Positions 31,304 to 41,399 of a stretch of DNA of 64,000 nt are shown piece after piece. This stretch comes from Bacilli bacterium (GTDB taxonomy: Bacteria > Bacillota_I > Bacilli_A > RF39 > UBA660). The stretch's first letter is position 1; each line of letters starts with the position of its first letter. Made by a program: the position numbers and the translations under genes. Where the stretch lies: positions 14,444-78,443 of the forward strand of contig JAFXXX010000008.1 of the NCBI GenBank assembly GCA_017542065.1, in the 5' to 3' direction. The notes beneath the pieces were generated by a model, which did no database searches, was not told the origin of the DNA, and saw nothing but the letters and a program-made list of their open reading frames with translations.

Positions 31304-32301
31304 AGTCTTTCCCCTATGTATTCAAGAACCCTTATTAATTGTGAAGTATAACTCATTTCATTGTCATACCATGCACATACTTTAACTAATCTTTCATCTC
31401 CACTTTCAATTATTTCTGTAAGTGTAGCATCAAATATTGATCCTGCATTTGAACCAATAATATCAGTTGAAACTATTTCATCATCAACGTATGCAAATGA
31501 TGGATTAGATTTTTTCTTCATAGCTTCATTTATTTCTTCCTTAGTAGGATTCTTTTCTAAAACTAATGTAAGTTCTGCTATAGAACCAGATACTGTTGGA
31601 ACTCTAAATGCACTACCATTTAATTTTCCATCTAGTTCAGGTATAACAATACCAATTGCTTTAGCAGCTCCAGTAGAAGTTGGAACTATATTAGAAGCAG
31701 CAGCTCTAGATCTTCTTAGATCACCTTTCTTATTTGGTAAATCTAATAAACTTTGGTCATTTGTATAAGCATGAACTGTATTCATATAACCAACTTTAAT
31801 TCCATAATTATCATTTAATACTTTAAGTACTGGTGCAATAGCATTAGTAGTACAAGAAGCTGCTGAATAAATATTATCATCACTCTTATAACAATCTTCA
31901 TTAACACCATATACAATTGTAGTTATATCTTTATCTGAAGGAGCAGAAATTAATACTTTTTTAGCTCCTGCTATTATATGTTTATTAGCTTTTTCTCTAG
32001 TTTTAAAGATACCAGTACATTCAAGAACTATATCTACATTTAATTCTTTCCAAGGTAAATTTTCTGGATCAGGTTCTTTACAAATCTTTATTTTATTACC
32101 ATTAACAGTAATACTTTCTTCATCATAACTAACTTCTCCATCAAATACTCCTTGAGCTGTATCATATTTAAGTAAATATGCAAGTGATCTTGGATCAGTT
32201 AAATCATTAATTGCAACTATTTCAATTTTATCGGTTGCCATAATTCTCCTAAAAGCTAGTCTTCCTATTCTTCCAAACCCATTTATTGCTACTCTAATCA
32301 T
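31300..32301 (-). CDS. gap: Glyceraldehyde-3-phosphate dehydrogenase, type I
   Basis: VAINGFGRIGRLAFRR, ASCTTNAIAP (catalytic Cys) and WYDNEMSY. Confidence 0.95.
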   Translation of the reverse strand: MIRVAINGFGRIGRLAFRRIMATDKIEIVAINDLTDPRSLAYLLKYDTAQGVFDGEVSYDEESITVNGNKIKICKEPDPENLPWKELNVDIVLECTGIFKTREKANKHIIAGAKKVLISAPSDKDITTIVYGVNEDCYKSDDNIYSAASCTTNAIAPVLKVLNDNYGIKVGYMNTVHAYTNDQSLLDLPNKKGDLRRSRAAASNIVPTSTGAAKAIGIVIPELDGKLNGSAFRVPTVSGSIAELTLVLEKNPTKEEINEAMKKKSNPSFAYVDDEIVSTDIIGSNAGSIFDATLTEIIESGDERLVKVCAWYDNEMSYTSQLIRVLEYIGERL

Positions 32302-32312
32302 TTTCTCTCCTC

Positions 32313-33944
32313 CTATTTAAAAATACTATTTCCAATAAATTCTCTTATAATTGAATCCCTAGGGATATTTTCACTAGATATTGGTAAAACAATCTTAAGT
32401 AAATTAAGTAGTCTAACAACATCTTTATAGTTTTCATCACTTTCATCTACTGCATATAATAATGGTTCAGCATATGTTTTTAATATACTTAATTCATATA
32501 CTAAAGTTGTATTAAATACAGCATCTGCTTCTTCCCCAAATGGGAATACATTCTTTTCTTCTCCTTCTCTAACAGATGGCCAGTTCATTAATGTTTCAGA
32601 AGCATTATAACCTCTTGTTTCATTATCTCTAACCATTCTTCTAAGAAGTCTTACATCAGTCATTTTAATTCTATTATGATTATCTAATGTAAGTATTGGA
32701 AGTGGTGATACATATACTTTATATTTATATCTACTACTAATATTCTTAGTAAGTTCATCATTTAATGCATGAAGTCCTTCTATTATAAGAATATCATTTT
32801 CTCCTAATTCCATAGGATCAGTTACATATTCAGGTTCTCCTGTAATAAAGTTATATGTAGGACACTTAACCTTTTCACCATCTAATAATTTCTCTAGATG
32901 TTTATTAAATAATTTAGTATCAACAGCCCCTAAACATTCAAAATCATATGATCCATCTTCTCTTCTTGGAGTTTCTTTTCTAGCTACAAAATAATCATCT
33001 ATAGACATAGTCTTTGGATTTAATCCAAATGTTCTTAAGAATAAACCAAGTTTCTTAGATATTGTAGTCTTACCTGATGAAGAAGGTCCTGATATTAAAA
33101 CAATTTTAGATTTTCTACTATTAATATCTTTTGCTATCTCATATAAATCATTATTTTGATGTAATTCAGATAACATAATAACATCATTAATCTTACTATC
33201 AATAATAGACTTATTTAAATCACTAACAGTATTAATTCCTATATTAGAACAAAAATCATAATACTTTTCAAACTCATCAAACATTTTCTTTCTATGTTTA
33301 TAAGTTAGTTTAGGATTATAAATATTTCTAAATAATAATACAAAACTATTATTATCTAAGAAATGTAATTTAAAATCGTTTAGATATCCTGTGGATATAG
33401 GTAAATTATAGAAATAATAATCATATACATTATCTAATTTATATAAATTAATATTTGTATTTGTATTATATTTTAATAACTCAACCTTATCTAAAATACC
33501 TCTATCAGTATAATACTTAATGGCTTCTTTTCTATTAATTAATAACTTATCAATAGGAATATCTACATCAATAATCCTATTCATTTCTCTAGTTACTAAT
33601 TCTAAGTCTTTTTCTGTAATATCATTACATTTAATATAAACACCTTTATCTAATGCATGTATTACCTTTATATCTTTGTTAAACTTATCATTAAATATTT
33701 TAACTAATATAAAGACTAAACCTAGTTCATATACTTTATTACCTGTACTAGAATTTCTATCATAGAATTTAACTTCACATGATGTCATAACAGGTGTAGA
33801 TAATTCTGATAGAATACCATTTATTTCACCTATTATTATTTTATCTTTAAAGTTCTTTTGGAACTTTTTAGATATCTCTAGTAATGTTGTTCCTTTACTA
33901 AAAGCATATTTTTCACCATCATATTTTACTTGAATGCTTAGCAT
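32313..33944 (-). CDS. TGS-like N-terminal domain fused to a uridine-kinase/PRK-family P-loop kinase
   Basis: Walker A ISGPSSSGKTTISKKL in the C-terminal half. The N-terminal ~250 aa resemble the ThrRS N-terminal/TGS region. Size is 543 aa. The gene is co-transcribed with gap (11-nt gap containing GGAGGAG). Confidence 0.65.
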   Translation of the reverse strand: MLSIQVKYDGEKYAFSKGTTLLEISKKFQKNFKDKIIIGEINGILSELSTPVMTSCEVKFYDRNSSTGNKVYELGLVFILVKIFNDKFNKDIKVIHALDKGVYIKCNDITEKDLELVTREMNRIIDVDIPIDKLLINRKEAIKYYTDRGILDKVELLKYNTNTNINLYKLDNVYDYYFYNLPISTGYLNDFKLHFLDNNSFVLLFRNIYNPKLTYKHRKKMFDEFEKYYDFCSNIGINTVSDLNKSIIDSKINDVIMLSELHQNNDLYEIAKDINSRKSKIVLISGPSSSGKTTISKKLGLFLRTFGLNPKTMSIDDYFVARKETPRREDGSYDFECLGAVDTKLFNKHLEKLLDGEKVKCPTYNFITGEPEYVTDPMELGENDILIIEGLHALNDELTKNISSRYKYKVYVSPLPILTLDNHNRIKMTDVRLLRRMVRDNETRGYNASETLMNWPSVREGEEKNVFPFGEEADAVFNTTLVYELSILKTYAEPLLYAVDESDENYKDVVRLLNLLKIVLPISSENIPRDSIIREFIGNSIFK

Positions 33945-33963
33945 ACTATCACTACCTTTTTAC

Positions 33964-33993
33964 CCTATAATCATTTTATCATATTATTGTCAA
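33964..33993 (-). promoter_or_regulatory. Promoter of the kinase-gap operon
   Basis: Minus strand TTGACA (33993-33988), 18 nt, TATAGG. It directly follows the terminator. Confidence 0.45.
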
Positions 33994-33996
33994 AAT

Positions 33997-34021
33997 AAAA
34001 AGGTGTTATAAACACCTTTTT
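33997..34021 (-). terminator. Rho-independent terminator after the 1483-aa gene
   Basis: Minus strand AAAAGGTGTT-TAT-AACACCTTTT followed by a T-rich tail. Confidence 0.7.
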
Positions 34022-34022
34022 A

Positions 34023-37000
34023 TTAATTAAGTATATATTTGCTATTAACTGTAATTACATATCTAAATGCTTTATTTACAGGACTAATACTAGTTACTCC
34101 TACTGAAGAAGCATTAGTATCTACATATCTAATATAATTAGAGAAATCATTAGTTACTTGACCATAGTTATTATACTCTGTTGGTATATTAACAGCAGTT
34201 TGTAAATAATAATCTTTATTACCTAATAACCAAGATACATCAGATAAGTTCATAGCAAGTATTCCATTAAATTCTTCTTCTGTTAGAAGTCTAACTTTAG
34301 AAGTAACATATTGATTTGAAGTACATGGTTCATGATCTTTTAAAGCACCACCATGAGAACCATTAACAAGTCCAGACGCATCATCACAAACTATATTATC
34401 TTCAAATATTGATTTAGCACTTTCTATTTGAGAATTTGTATTAATATTTAATGTACTAAATTTATATACACTAGTATTATTAAATCCTCCATTATTAGTA
34501 GCTGAATCAGCATCTAATAATAATGTTAATGTTTGATTATCACCATTAGGAGTAGCATTAATTACATGCCAGTTAAGATTTGCATACTCTACTTCTTCTC
34601 CAATAACATAAATATTTTCACTATTATAAGAAGCATCTTTAGCTATTGGTGTTGGATTTTCTTCTTTAATATCTAAAGTAACAGTATTAAGGAAGGATCC
34701 TGCTTCTTCTCTACTTGGCATATTTAAAGCTATTTGAGCAAATATAGCTTCTCCAGGTCTAATTAATCTATTTTGGAATGATGTATTTTGTAATCTATCA
34801 TCAACCATTACCCATCCAGCATTATATGGATCACTCGAATCAAATACTAATCCATATGGAATATCTTCATATATATTTTCAACATATCCAGCAACTTGTG
34901 AATTATTAATTATTTCAAATCCATAATATACTTTTAATGTTGCTTTTAAACTATTTCTAACACTAAGTAATACTTTAGATTCATTATTATAAGTCTTAGT
35001 ATCAGTAATACCATTATAACTTAAATCAACTTTAGTAATATATTTCTTAACAATCATACCAAATGGTTTTCTGTTAATTAAACCAAGGTCTAAATTCTTA
35101 GCTTCAGCATTAGTAATTAAATCAATTCCATCATGTGAATATGGATCATGTTTATTAGTTATTTCTGCTATTCCATCAGATATCTTATATGCATCTGAAT
35201 CTTTATCAGTATCTTCTATAGCATATCTTAAAGATAAATCATATGAATCACTATCATAGTTAAATCTTAGTTTATAGAATCCCTTATCTAAGTTTTCAAA
35301 TGTATAAGTTCCATTATCTAATGTAGTCTTTTCACCAACTAAATCTAACTCTGCATTATCTACTATTCTATATAATGTTACAGGTACATTAGCAAGTGCA
35401 ATATCATTACCATTTTGTACACCATCTTCATCTACATCTATAAATACTTTACCAGATATCTTTCTATTAATTACTTCATATTTAATAGTATTAGATTTAA
35501 TAGGCATATATGTTGTAGAACCACCTACTACTTTAATAGCATACTTATCAGAATAGTTATTACCATTAGTTCTAATAGTTACTTTAATAGGACTCATTCC
35601 ACTATGAGCATTTACATTAATATTTGTAATTTTTAATGCAGTTACTTCTTTATAAACACCTTCATTAAATAAATCCATACATTCAGTATATTCATTACTT
35701 GTATCATTTACTTCTTCATTTACTGTTTGTGAATTATCAGTTGTACAATATACTTTTGCAGTTCCTAAATTATCTCCATCTAAATGAACTGAATATTTAC
35801 CACTAAATGAAGAACCTTTATCATCACCAGTAAATGGTAATACATTTAATATAGTATAGTCATTAATATCTGAATTAGTATTATTATATGCGTTAATTGT
35901 ATAACTAAAATCAGAATCTTTTTCTATACTTGTTGGAGTATCATTAGATACTGATATAACCATATTGTTAATACCACTACCATATAATGTTAAAGCACTC
36001 CAGTCAGAAGCAGCAACTTCATCATTAATATTAATTACACTAGCAAGTGAACTAACAACTATTTCATTAGCATTACCAGATAAATCAGATGACAATATAG
36101 CATCAAAATAAATATCTGAAACAGCTTCATTTGGTTTAGTACATGGAACAATAAACTTTAATGTAGTTCCATTAGCTGTAGGAATAACTTCTACAGGATT
36201 AACATTATATTCATTTGGAAGATATGTTAATGTTTTTGGAATATCTACATAAACAGTTAATTCTTTAATAAACCATGTATCATCCGCACCAACATTTAAT
36301 GCCATATCACTTAAGTTAGTAGCTATCTTAAAGTGAATAGTTTCATTATCCACAGCATTAAAGTTAGTCTTCATCTTACCATCTTTATTCTTGTTAGTAA
36401 CCATTACTGTTTGTTTTAATTCTGTATTAACTATTTTTAAACTATCACCATTATTATTTGGATTAGTAATAATATCACTAGGATTATCATTGTTAATAAC
36501 TCTTGGTGAATAATATGTAATAGCATTATCATAATCAGATGACATAGCTAATGCATTTACTTGATATGTTTTAGTAATATCATTTACATTTCTAATTCTA
36601 AGTTTTGTTTTAATAACAACTTTTACATCACTAGGAAGTTTAATACCATCTTTAGTTTGAACAATCATCTTAGAAAGTACTACTTCTTCATCATTAACTG
36701 ATGCATCACTTAGTTTAGTATATACAGTAGGACTAGTTTCTTCTATACAAGGTCCTCCATATAAATTCATAATTTGATTAGTATTATAATTTGTTAAATT
36801 ATTACTAATAGTAGTACATCCATTTTGAATAGTACTTCTATCTTCTTCTTTAATTCTTGTATCTAATGTAGATGCTGTATAATTAGCATTCTTGAAATCT
36901 CCATCAATAAACTTAACTTCAAAATCATCAGCAGTTACATTATCACATTCTGTTTTTCCACAATATAACTTAATTTCTATATCGTTATCACCATAAGGCA

Positions 37001-38474
37001 TAAATCTATATGCATATGGATCGATTTTAATTACTTCTTTTAATCCTTGATTAGAATTAGATGAAGAATAATTAAATGTTGTAACATATAATATTTCAGA
37101 TCCTTTAGATTTAGGACCACCAGTTATTTTTGTAGTTCCATCTAACTCATATAAATCAGATTCTAAATTATAATCTTGATTAACATATGCAGTATTAACT
37201 GTAGATGCATTAGTTCCATTAATAGTAGTTACACCACTAACTAAATCTACATTAGAACCATTAATACTTAAGTTAACAGTTATATCACTATTACCATCAG
37301 ATGATGATCTTGGTGAGAATAATGTAATTGCATAAGTTCCTATATAAGATTTATTAGCAGCACTTCCATCAGCATTACTTCCAGGATATCCATAAGTTGA
37401 ACCATAATTACTAATAGTTAATACAAATGAATTATTTGTAATATTACTAGCAACTATACTTCCTGGTTTTTTAGTACTTGATGATGAAGAACCACCACTA
37501 TATGGTAAACTAGCCTTCACAGGATTAATAACACCAGTTTTAGAATCACTATATAATCTAACAAATTCAGATTTAACAATTAAGTCTTCTGAACCAGTTT
37601 GATTAAATGAACCATTTAATACTATTGGTCCAGATGGCATTGATTTACCTTTTTTATTTGTTTCAGAATAGAATCCTAAAACAAAATTCATATATCTACC
37701 ATCTTTAGAATCTAGAGTTCCTTTTTGAGAATCACCAGATACTAATACAATTCCTAAATCAGCAGATTCAATACTTGATACTACAGTAGGCATATAGTTA
37801 TAAAAATTAGCTGCTGTAGAATAATTATTTGATTGAAGTGCATCAAATCTATAATTATGTTTAGTTCCTATATTACCTAAAGTAACAATATAATCTGAAT
37901 CAGTATTAGTTGATTCTTCTATTTCAAATTTTGGATCAATAATTGTTCCATTAGGAGCTCCAAGTACATAAAGTGTAACTGAAGCAGTAGTTTTACTACC
38001 ATTTATTTCATTAACATTTTTTATTTCATAAGTATATGATGTAGAACCAGAATTACCTTTTTCTTCAAAAGCAACATATTTAGCTACTTCTTCTGGAAGA
38101 GTAACTGTAATATTAATTATTTTATTTGAATAAGCAGTTAATCCAGTTGTATTAGTTAATTCCTCTTTATTCTTAATTCCTAAATCAAAATTATAAGTAA
38201 TCTTATCAAAAGATCTAACTATAGCATTATCAGCATTTGAATCATTACCTACTACATATCCACTAGTAACATGATAATTAGCAGTATCACTATAATTTAA
38301 TCCATCATTAGAAAAGCTTTCTGTACCAGTTTTAATACCTGTTATTTCAGCATAACTAATACCAATCTTATTATCATCACTATTAGCTTTTATCGTATAA
38401 ACAAAGAATATTACACTAGCTAATAACAATACAAAAGCAAATACAAATAATAAATATTTTTTAATTGATTTCAT
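34023..38474 (-). CDS. Large secreted surface protein (1483 aa) with an SdrD-B/Cna-B-like domain and beta-sandwich modules. No C-terminal sorting signal.
   Basis: Signal peptide MKSIKKYLLFVFAFVLLLASVIFFVYT. ISGKVFIDVDEDGVQNGNDIALANVPVTLY...DNGTYTFENLDKGFYKLRF is the SD-repeat B-type fold. The C-terminal domain carries LNWHVINA...TLTLLLD...VRLLTEEEF. Confidence 0.8.
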   Translation of the reverse strand: MKSIKKYLLFVFAFVLLLASVIFFVYTIKANSDDNKIGISYAEITGIKTGTESFSNDGLNYSDTANYHVTSGYVVGNDSNADNAIVRSFDKITYNFDLGIKNKEELTNTTGLTAYSNKIINITVTLPEEVAKYVAFEEKGNSGSTSYTYEIKNVNEINGSKTTASVTLYVLGAPNGTIIDPKFEIEESTNTDSDYIVTLGNIGTKHNYRFDALQSNNYSTAANFYNYMPTVVSSIESADLGIVLVSGDSQKGTLDSKDGRYMNFVLGFYSETNKKGKSMPSGPIVLNGSFNQTGSEDLIVKSEFVRLYSDSKTGVINPVKASLPYSGGSSSSSTKKPGSIVASNITNNSFVLTISNYGSTYGYPGSNADGSAANKSYIGTYAITLFSPRSSSDGNSDITVNLSINGSNVDLVSGVTTINGTNASTVNTAYVNQDYNLESDLYELDGTTKITGGPKSKGSEILYVTTFNYSSSNSNQGLKEVIKIDPYAYRFMPYGDNDIEIKLYCGKTECDNVTADDFEVKFIDGDFKNANYTASTLDTRIKEEDRSTIQNGCTTISNNLTNYNTNQIMNLYGGPCIEETSPTVYTKLSDASVNDEEVVLSKMIVQTKDGIKLPSDVKVVIKTKLRIRNVNDITKTYQVNALAMSSDYDNAITYYSPRVINNDNPSDIITNPNNNGDSLKIVNTELKQTVMVTNKNKDGKMKTNFNAVDNETIHFKIATNLSDMALNVGADDTWFIKELTVYVDIPKTLTYLPNEYNVNPVEVIPTANGTTLKFIVPCTKPNEAVSDIYFDAILSSDLSGNANEIVVSSLASVININDEVAASDWSALTLYGSGINNMVISVSNDTPTSIEKDSDFSYTINAYNNTNSDINDYTILNVLPFTGDDKGSSFSGKYSVHLDGDNLGTAKVYCTTDNSQTVNEEVNDTSNEYTECMDLFNEGVYKEVTALKITNINVNAHSGMSPIKVTIRTNGNNYSDKYAIKVVGGSTTYMPIKSNTIKYEVINRKISGKVFIDVDEDGVQNGNDIALANVPVTLYRIVDNAELDLVGEKTTLDNGTYTFENLDKGFYKLRFNYDSDSYDLSLRYAIEDTDKDSDAYKISDGIAEITNKHDPYSHDGIDLITNAEAKNLDLGLINRKPFGMIVKKYITKVDLSYNGITDTKTYNNESKVLLSVRNSLKATLKVYYGFEIINNSQVAGYVENIYEDIPYGLVFDSSDPYNAGWVMVDDRLQNTSFQNRLIRPGEAIFAQIALNMPSREEAGSFLNTVTLDIKEENPTPIAKDASYNSENIYVIGEEVEYANLNWHVINATPNGDNQTLTLLLDADSATNNGGFNNTSVYKFSTLNINTNSQIESAKSIFEDNIVCDDASGLVNGSHGGALKDHEPCTSNQYVTSKVRLLTEEEFNGILAMNLSDVSWLLGNKDYYLQTAVNIPTEYNNYGQVTNDFSNYIRYVDTNASSVGVTSISPVNKAFRYVITVNSKYILN

Positions 38475-38505
38475 ACACTCACCTATTTTCTAATATACTA
38501 TTTAA

Positions 38506-38514
38506 ATTATATCA
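38506..38514 (-). promoter_or_regulatory. Extended -10 promoter (TGATATAAT) for the 1483-aa gene
   Basis: Minus strand TTCTTTTTTGATATAAT, directly after the terminator. Confidence 0.5.
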
Positions 38515-38551
38515 AAAAAGAATACCTAATTCAATAGATTTAGGTATTCTT
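38514..38551 (-). terminator. Strong rho-independent terminator after the RNB-family gene
   Basis: 12-bp stem AAGAATACCTAA-10 nt-TTAGGTATTCTT followed by TTTT. It overlaps the stop codon. Confidence 0.75.
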
Positions 38552-40543
38552 ATAGTTTAAAATTTTAGCATTAAATTTTTCAATTTCTTTAGGAGATCTA
38601 TTTATTTGAATTATTACTTCAGATCCTTCCTGAACAGATGAATCACTGCAGTATGCTCTAAACATTTCTCCATCAGGAAGATTTACAGATACTCTATTTC
38701 CTTTTCTATTTGTTACTACTCCATGAGTATAATCATTTATTTCTCTTTCAGATTCTTTTGAATTAGATAAACTATGCTCTAGTTTTTCTATTTTTTCATT
38801 AGTAGCATTAAATTCACTACAATATCTTTCTAACTTTTCCTCTAATCGTTCCATTGCTTCAGGAGTAGGATCAAATTCTGTATTATACATATCAGATAAA
38901 GATAAATTTACTAGATTAGGAAATGATCTAACTGGAGAATTAATATGTGTATATCTTTGAACTCCATATTTAAAGTGTCCCTTATTCTTAGCAGAATATA
39001 TACTACATTCTTTTGAAAGAATATCTGCAATAGCATATTTATATATATCAGTATGTGGTAATCTATAATAATTTAAAACTGTATCTATTATATTTCTTTT
39101 TACATAGTTAAAGTTATTTGCAAACTGTGTTTTTTTCTTACTAAGTTCAAATACCCTTTTTTCAATTTCACTTTTTGTAGGATATCTAAATGTTTTATAA
39201 ATAAATGGTAATGTTGGAAAATAATTAGCTACTTGTTCATTAGCAAATTCAATTATGTCTTTTAATACAGTATGCATACTATCTGATGAAGAATCGCTAC
39301 CTTCTATATAAGATGATTTTTTAATAAACTTATGAACTTGTTTTAATAAAATAAAGTCTCTAATAAATTCTTGGTTATAATATTCTTTACTAGAATCATA
39401 TCCCGCTTCATATACTCTATCTGCATCTCTAGTACAAATATTATCTCTAACATTTATAGCACTATTAAAGAAATCACATGCAATAAAATTTCCTTCAGGA
39501 TCAAATTCAAGACTAATTGTCTTAGAAAGTCTATCTTGACCCTTAAGAAATGAACATATTCCATGAGACAACTTCTCTGGAAGCATATTTCTAGCATATC
39601 TATAATTGTTCATAAATATTTTTTCTGCTCTTTTTCTTGCTTCCTCCCACATAGCCATACCAGGTTTTACATAATGAGGAACATCAACTATATGAACATA
39701 AACCATATAATTACCATCTGGTGTTATATCGATAGATAAAGCATCATCATATGTATTCATTCTTTTTGCACAGTCTAATGTAAATGCTTTTAGATTTCTT
39801 AAATCTACTCTTCCTTCTATATCACTTTCATAAACTCTATCAGGCATTAATTCTGCTTCTTCTAAAACTTCTTTTGGAAAATTAATATCATATCCATTAG
39901 CAGCTAATACTATTTTACCCATAATATTCTCTTCAGAACATCTACCTATTACTTCATATAAATCACAAGAATACATATCATTTTCTTTATCGTATTCCAA
40001 GTTTGCACTAATAATTAATCCACCTGATATTTTTGTTTTTTCATCTAGTCTAAGATTATAATCTACTTCCACAGGTGAACTTAAAGGAATTAATTTAATA
40101 TCATCGCATATTCCAATACAACTAAATATAGTAGGATTATTCTTCTTATTAATTATTCCAACAATTGTTTTACTCTTGTTAGAATAAAGAACAGTATCTC
40201 CAACATAAGAACCATTTAAATGTTTACCTTTAATAGATTCTTTTTTATCTTTAAATTGAATAGCAAATTGATTAATACCCTTAAGTATTACCTCACCAAC
40301 ATCAAACTCATTTGTTTTAAGTTTAATAATTCTTTTCTTCTTATCAAAAGAAATACATCCATCAATTACAAGTCTAGTAATAGCTTTCTTAATAGACTTC
40401 TTTTCTTTAGTAGAATCTGCTTTTAAATGTAAAAATAGAGCGCTTTCATGGGCGACTCTATCCTTACATTGTATTAAATACTTAACAATTTCTATTTTTC
40501 TATAATCATTTATGCTACTTAAATCACGTATTTCGTTAACCAT
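38540..40543 (-). CDS. RNB-domain exoribonuclease (divergent RNase R/RNase II family), 667 aa
   Basis: Motif I region FTLDCAKRMNTYDDALSI, then VYVHIVDVPHYV, and motif IV-like HINSPVRSFPNLVN. A winged-helix-like region lies at the N-terminus and an S1-like region at the C-terminus. Confidence 0.7.
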   Translation of the reverse strand: MVNEIRDLSSINDYRKIEIVKYLIQCKDRVAHESALFLHLKADSTKEKKSIKKAITRLVIDGCISFDKKKRIIKLKTNEFDVGEVILKGINQFAIQFKDKKESIKGKHLNGSYVGDTVLYSNKSKTIVGIINKKNNPTIFSCIGICDDIKLIPLSSPVEVDYNLRLDEKTKISGGLIISANLEYDKENDMYSCDLYEVIGRCSEENIMGKIVLAANGYDINFPKEVLEEAELMPDRVYESDIEGRVDLRNLKAFTLDCAKRMNTYDDALSIDITPDGNYMVYVHIVDVPHYVKPGMAMWEEARKRAEKIFMNNYRYARNMLPEKLSHGICSFLKGQDRLSKTISLEFDPEGNFIACDFFNSAINVRDNICTRDADRVYEAGYDSSKEYYNQEFIRDFILLKQVHKFIKKSSYIEGSDSSSDSMHTVLKDIIEFANEQVANYFPTLPFIYKTFRYPTKSEIEKRVFELSKKKTQFANNFNYVKRNIIDTVLNYYRLPHTDIYKYAIADILSKECSIYSAKNKGHFKYGVQRYTHINSPVRSFPNLVNLSLSDMYNTEFDPTPEAMERLEEKLERYCSEFNATNEKIEKLEHSLSNSKESEREINDYTHGVVTNRKGNRVSVNLPDGEMFRAYCSDSSVQEGSEVIIQINRSPKEIEKFNAKILNYKNT

Positions 40544-40584
40544 AACCCTGACCTCATATCATCTAATTTCATTATAGAATAGTC

Positions 40585-40614
40585 AAAAAAAAATTACAAT
40601 ATAAATTGTAATTT
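40585..40614 (-). terminator. Rho-independent terminator after rplT
   Basis: Minus strand AAATTACAAT-TTAT-ATTGTAATTT followed by TTTTTT. Confidence 0.7.
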
Positions 40615-41165
40615 TATTTTAAAGCTTCTAATAATTCAGCTTTTTTCATTGAAGTATAACCTTCAATTTTCTTAGCTTTAGCTAAATCTTTAAGTTCAGC
40701 TACAGTTAGTTTAGATAAATCTACTTTTTCTTCTTTTTTAGTTTCTTTCTTAGTTGTTTCTTTCTTTTCTTCTTTCTTTGGTGCTTCTTTTGTAGTTTTA
40801 GTTACTTTTCCGTTTAATGCATCTTTAGCTTCTTTAACTAATGCAGCAAATGCTTTAGTATCAGAAACAGCTAATTCAGCAAGCATTTTTCTATTAATAG
40901 AAATACCTGCTTTATTAAGACCATCTATGAATTTAGAATAACTAATTTCGTTATTTCTACATTCAGCATTAATACGAGTAATCCATAATTTACGGAAATC
41001 TCTTTTCTTTTGTCTTCTATCTCTATAAGCATAAACTCCAGAATGCATTAATTGTTCTTTAGCAGTTTTATATAATCTGTGTTTAGAACCAAAATAACCT
41101 TTAGCATTCTTAAGAATCTTTTTATGTCTAGCTTTAGTAATTTTTGCTGTCTTAACTCTTGCCAT
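40614..41165 (-). CDS. rplT: 50S ribosomal protein L20 with a 65-aa C-terminal extension (K/E-rich linker plus a Rho_N/SAP-like helix-extended-helix motif)
   Basis: The L20 core is [38 protein letters not shown]...RKMLAELAV (about 118 aa). It continues in frame as [58 protein letters not shown]. Confidence 0.9.
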   Translation of the reverse strand: MARVKTAKITKARHKKILKNAKGYFGSKHRLYKTAKEQLMHSGVYAYRDRRQKKRDFRKLWITRINAECRNNEISYSKFIDGLNKAGISINRKMLAELAVSDTKAFAALVKEAKDALNGKVTKTTKEAPKKEEKKETTKKETKKEEKVDLSKLTVAELKDLAKAKKIEGYTSMKKAELLEALK

Positions 41166-41175
41166 GGTTTACCTC

Positions 41176-41382
41176 CTACTTTATTGCGTCAATTATTCTC
41201 TTTAATCTCTTTGAATCAGATTGTGATAATTGACCTGCCTCTCTTAAGTGTCTCATTCTCTTAGTTGAATATCCTGTTGTATTGTGGTTAGCTCCAGCTC
41301 TTTTGAAAGTTACAGAACCACTGTTTCTAACTTTGAATTTTTTAGCTGATGCCTTATGTGTTTTAATTTTATTCTTAGCCAT
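41176..41382 (-). CDS. rpmI: 50S ribosomal protein L35
   Basis: MAKNKIKTHKASAKKFKVRNSGSVTFKRAGANH. Size is 68 aa, positioned between infC and rplT. Confidence 0.9.
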   Translation of the reverse strand: MAKNKIKTHKASAKKFKVRNSGSVTFKRAGANHNTTGYSTKRMRHLREAGQLSQSDSKRLKRIIDAIK

Positions 41383-41399
41383 ATTTATTACCTTCCTTC

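Noticed and set aside
40544-40584. Promoter for the RNB-family gene using TTGACT and TATAAT at about 40570-40585.
   Set aside because: The two hexamers are only 4 nt apart. Neither pairs with a partner element at 16-18 nt, so no promoter is called here.
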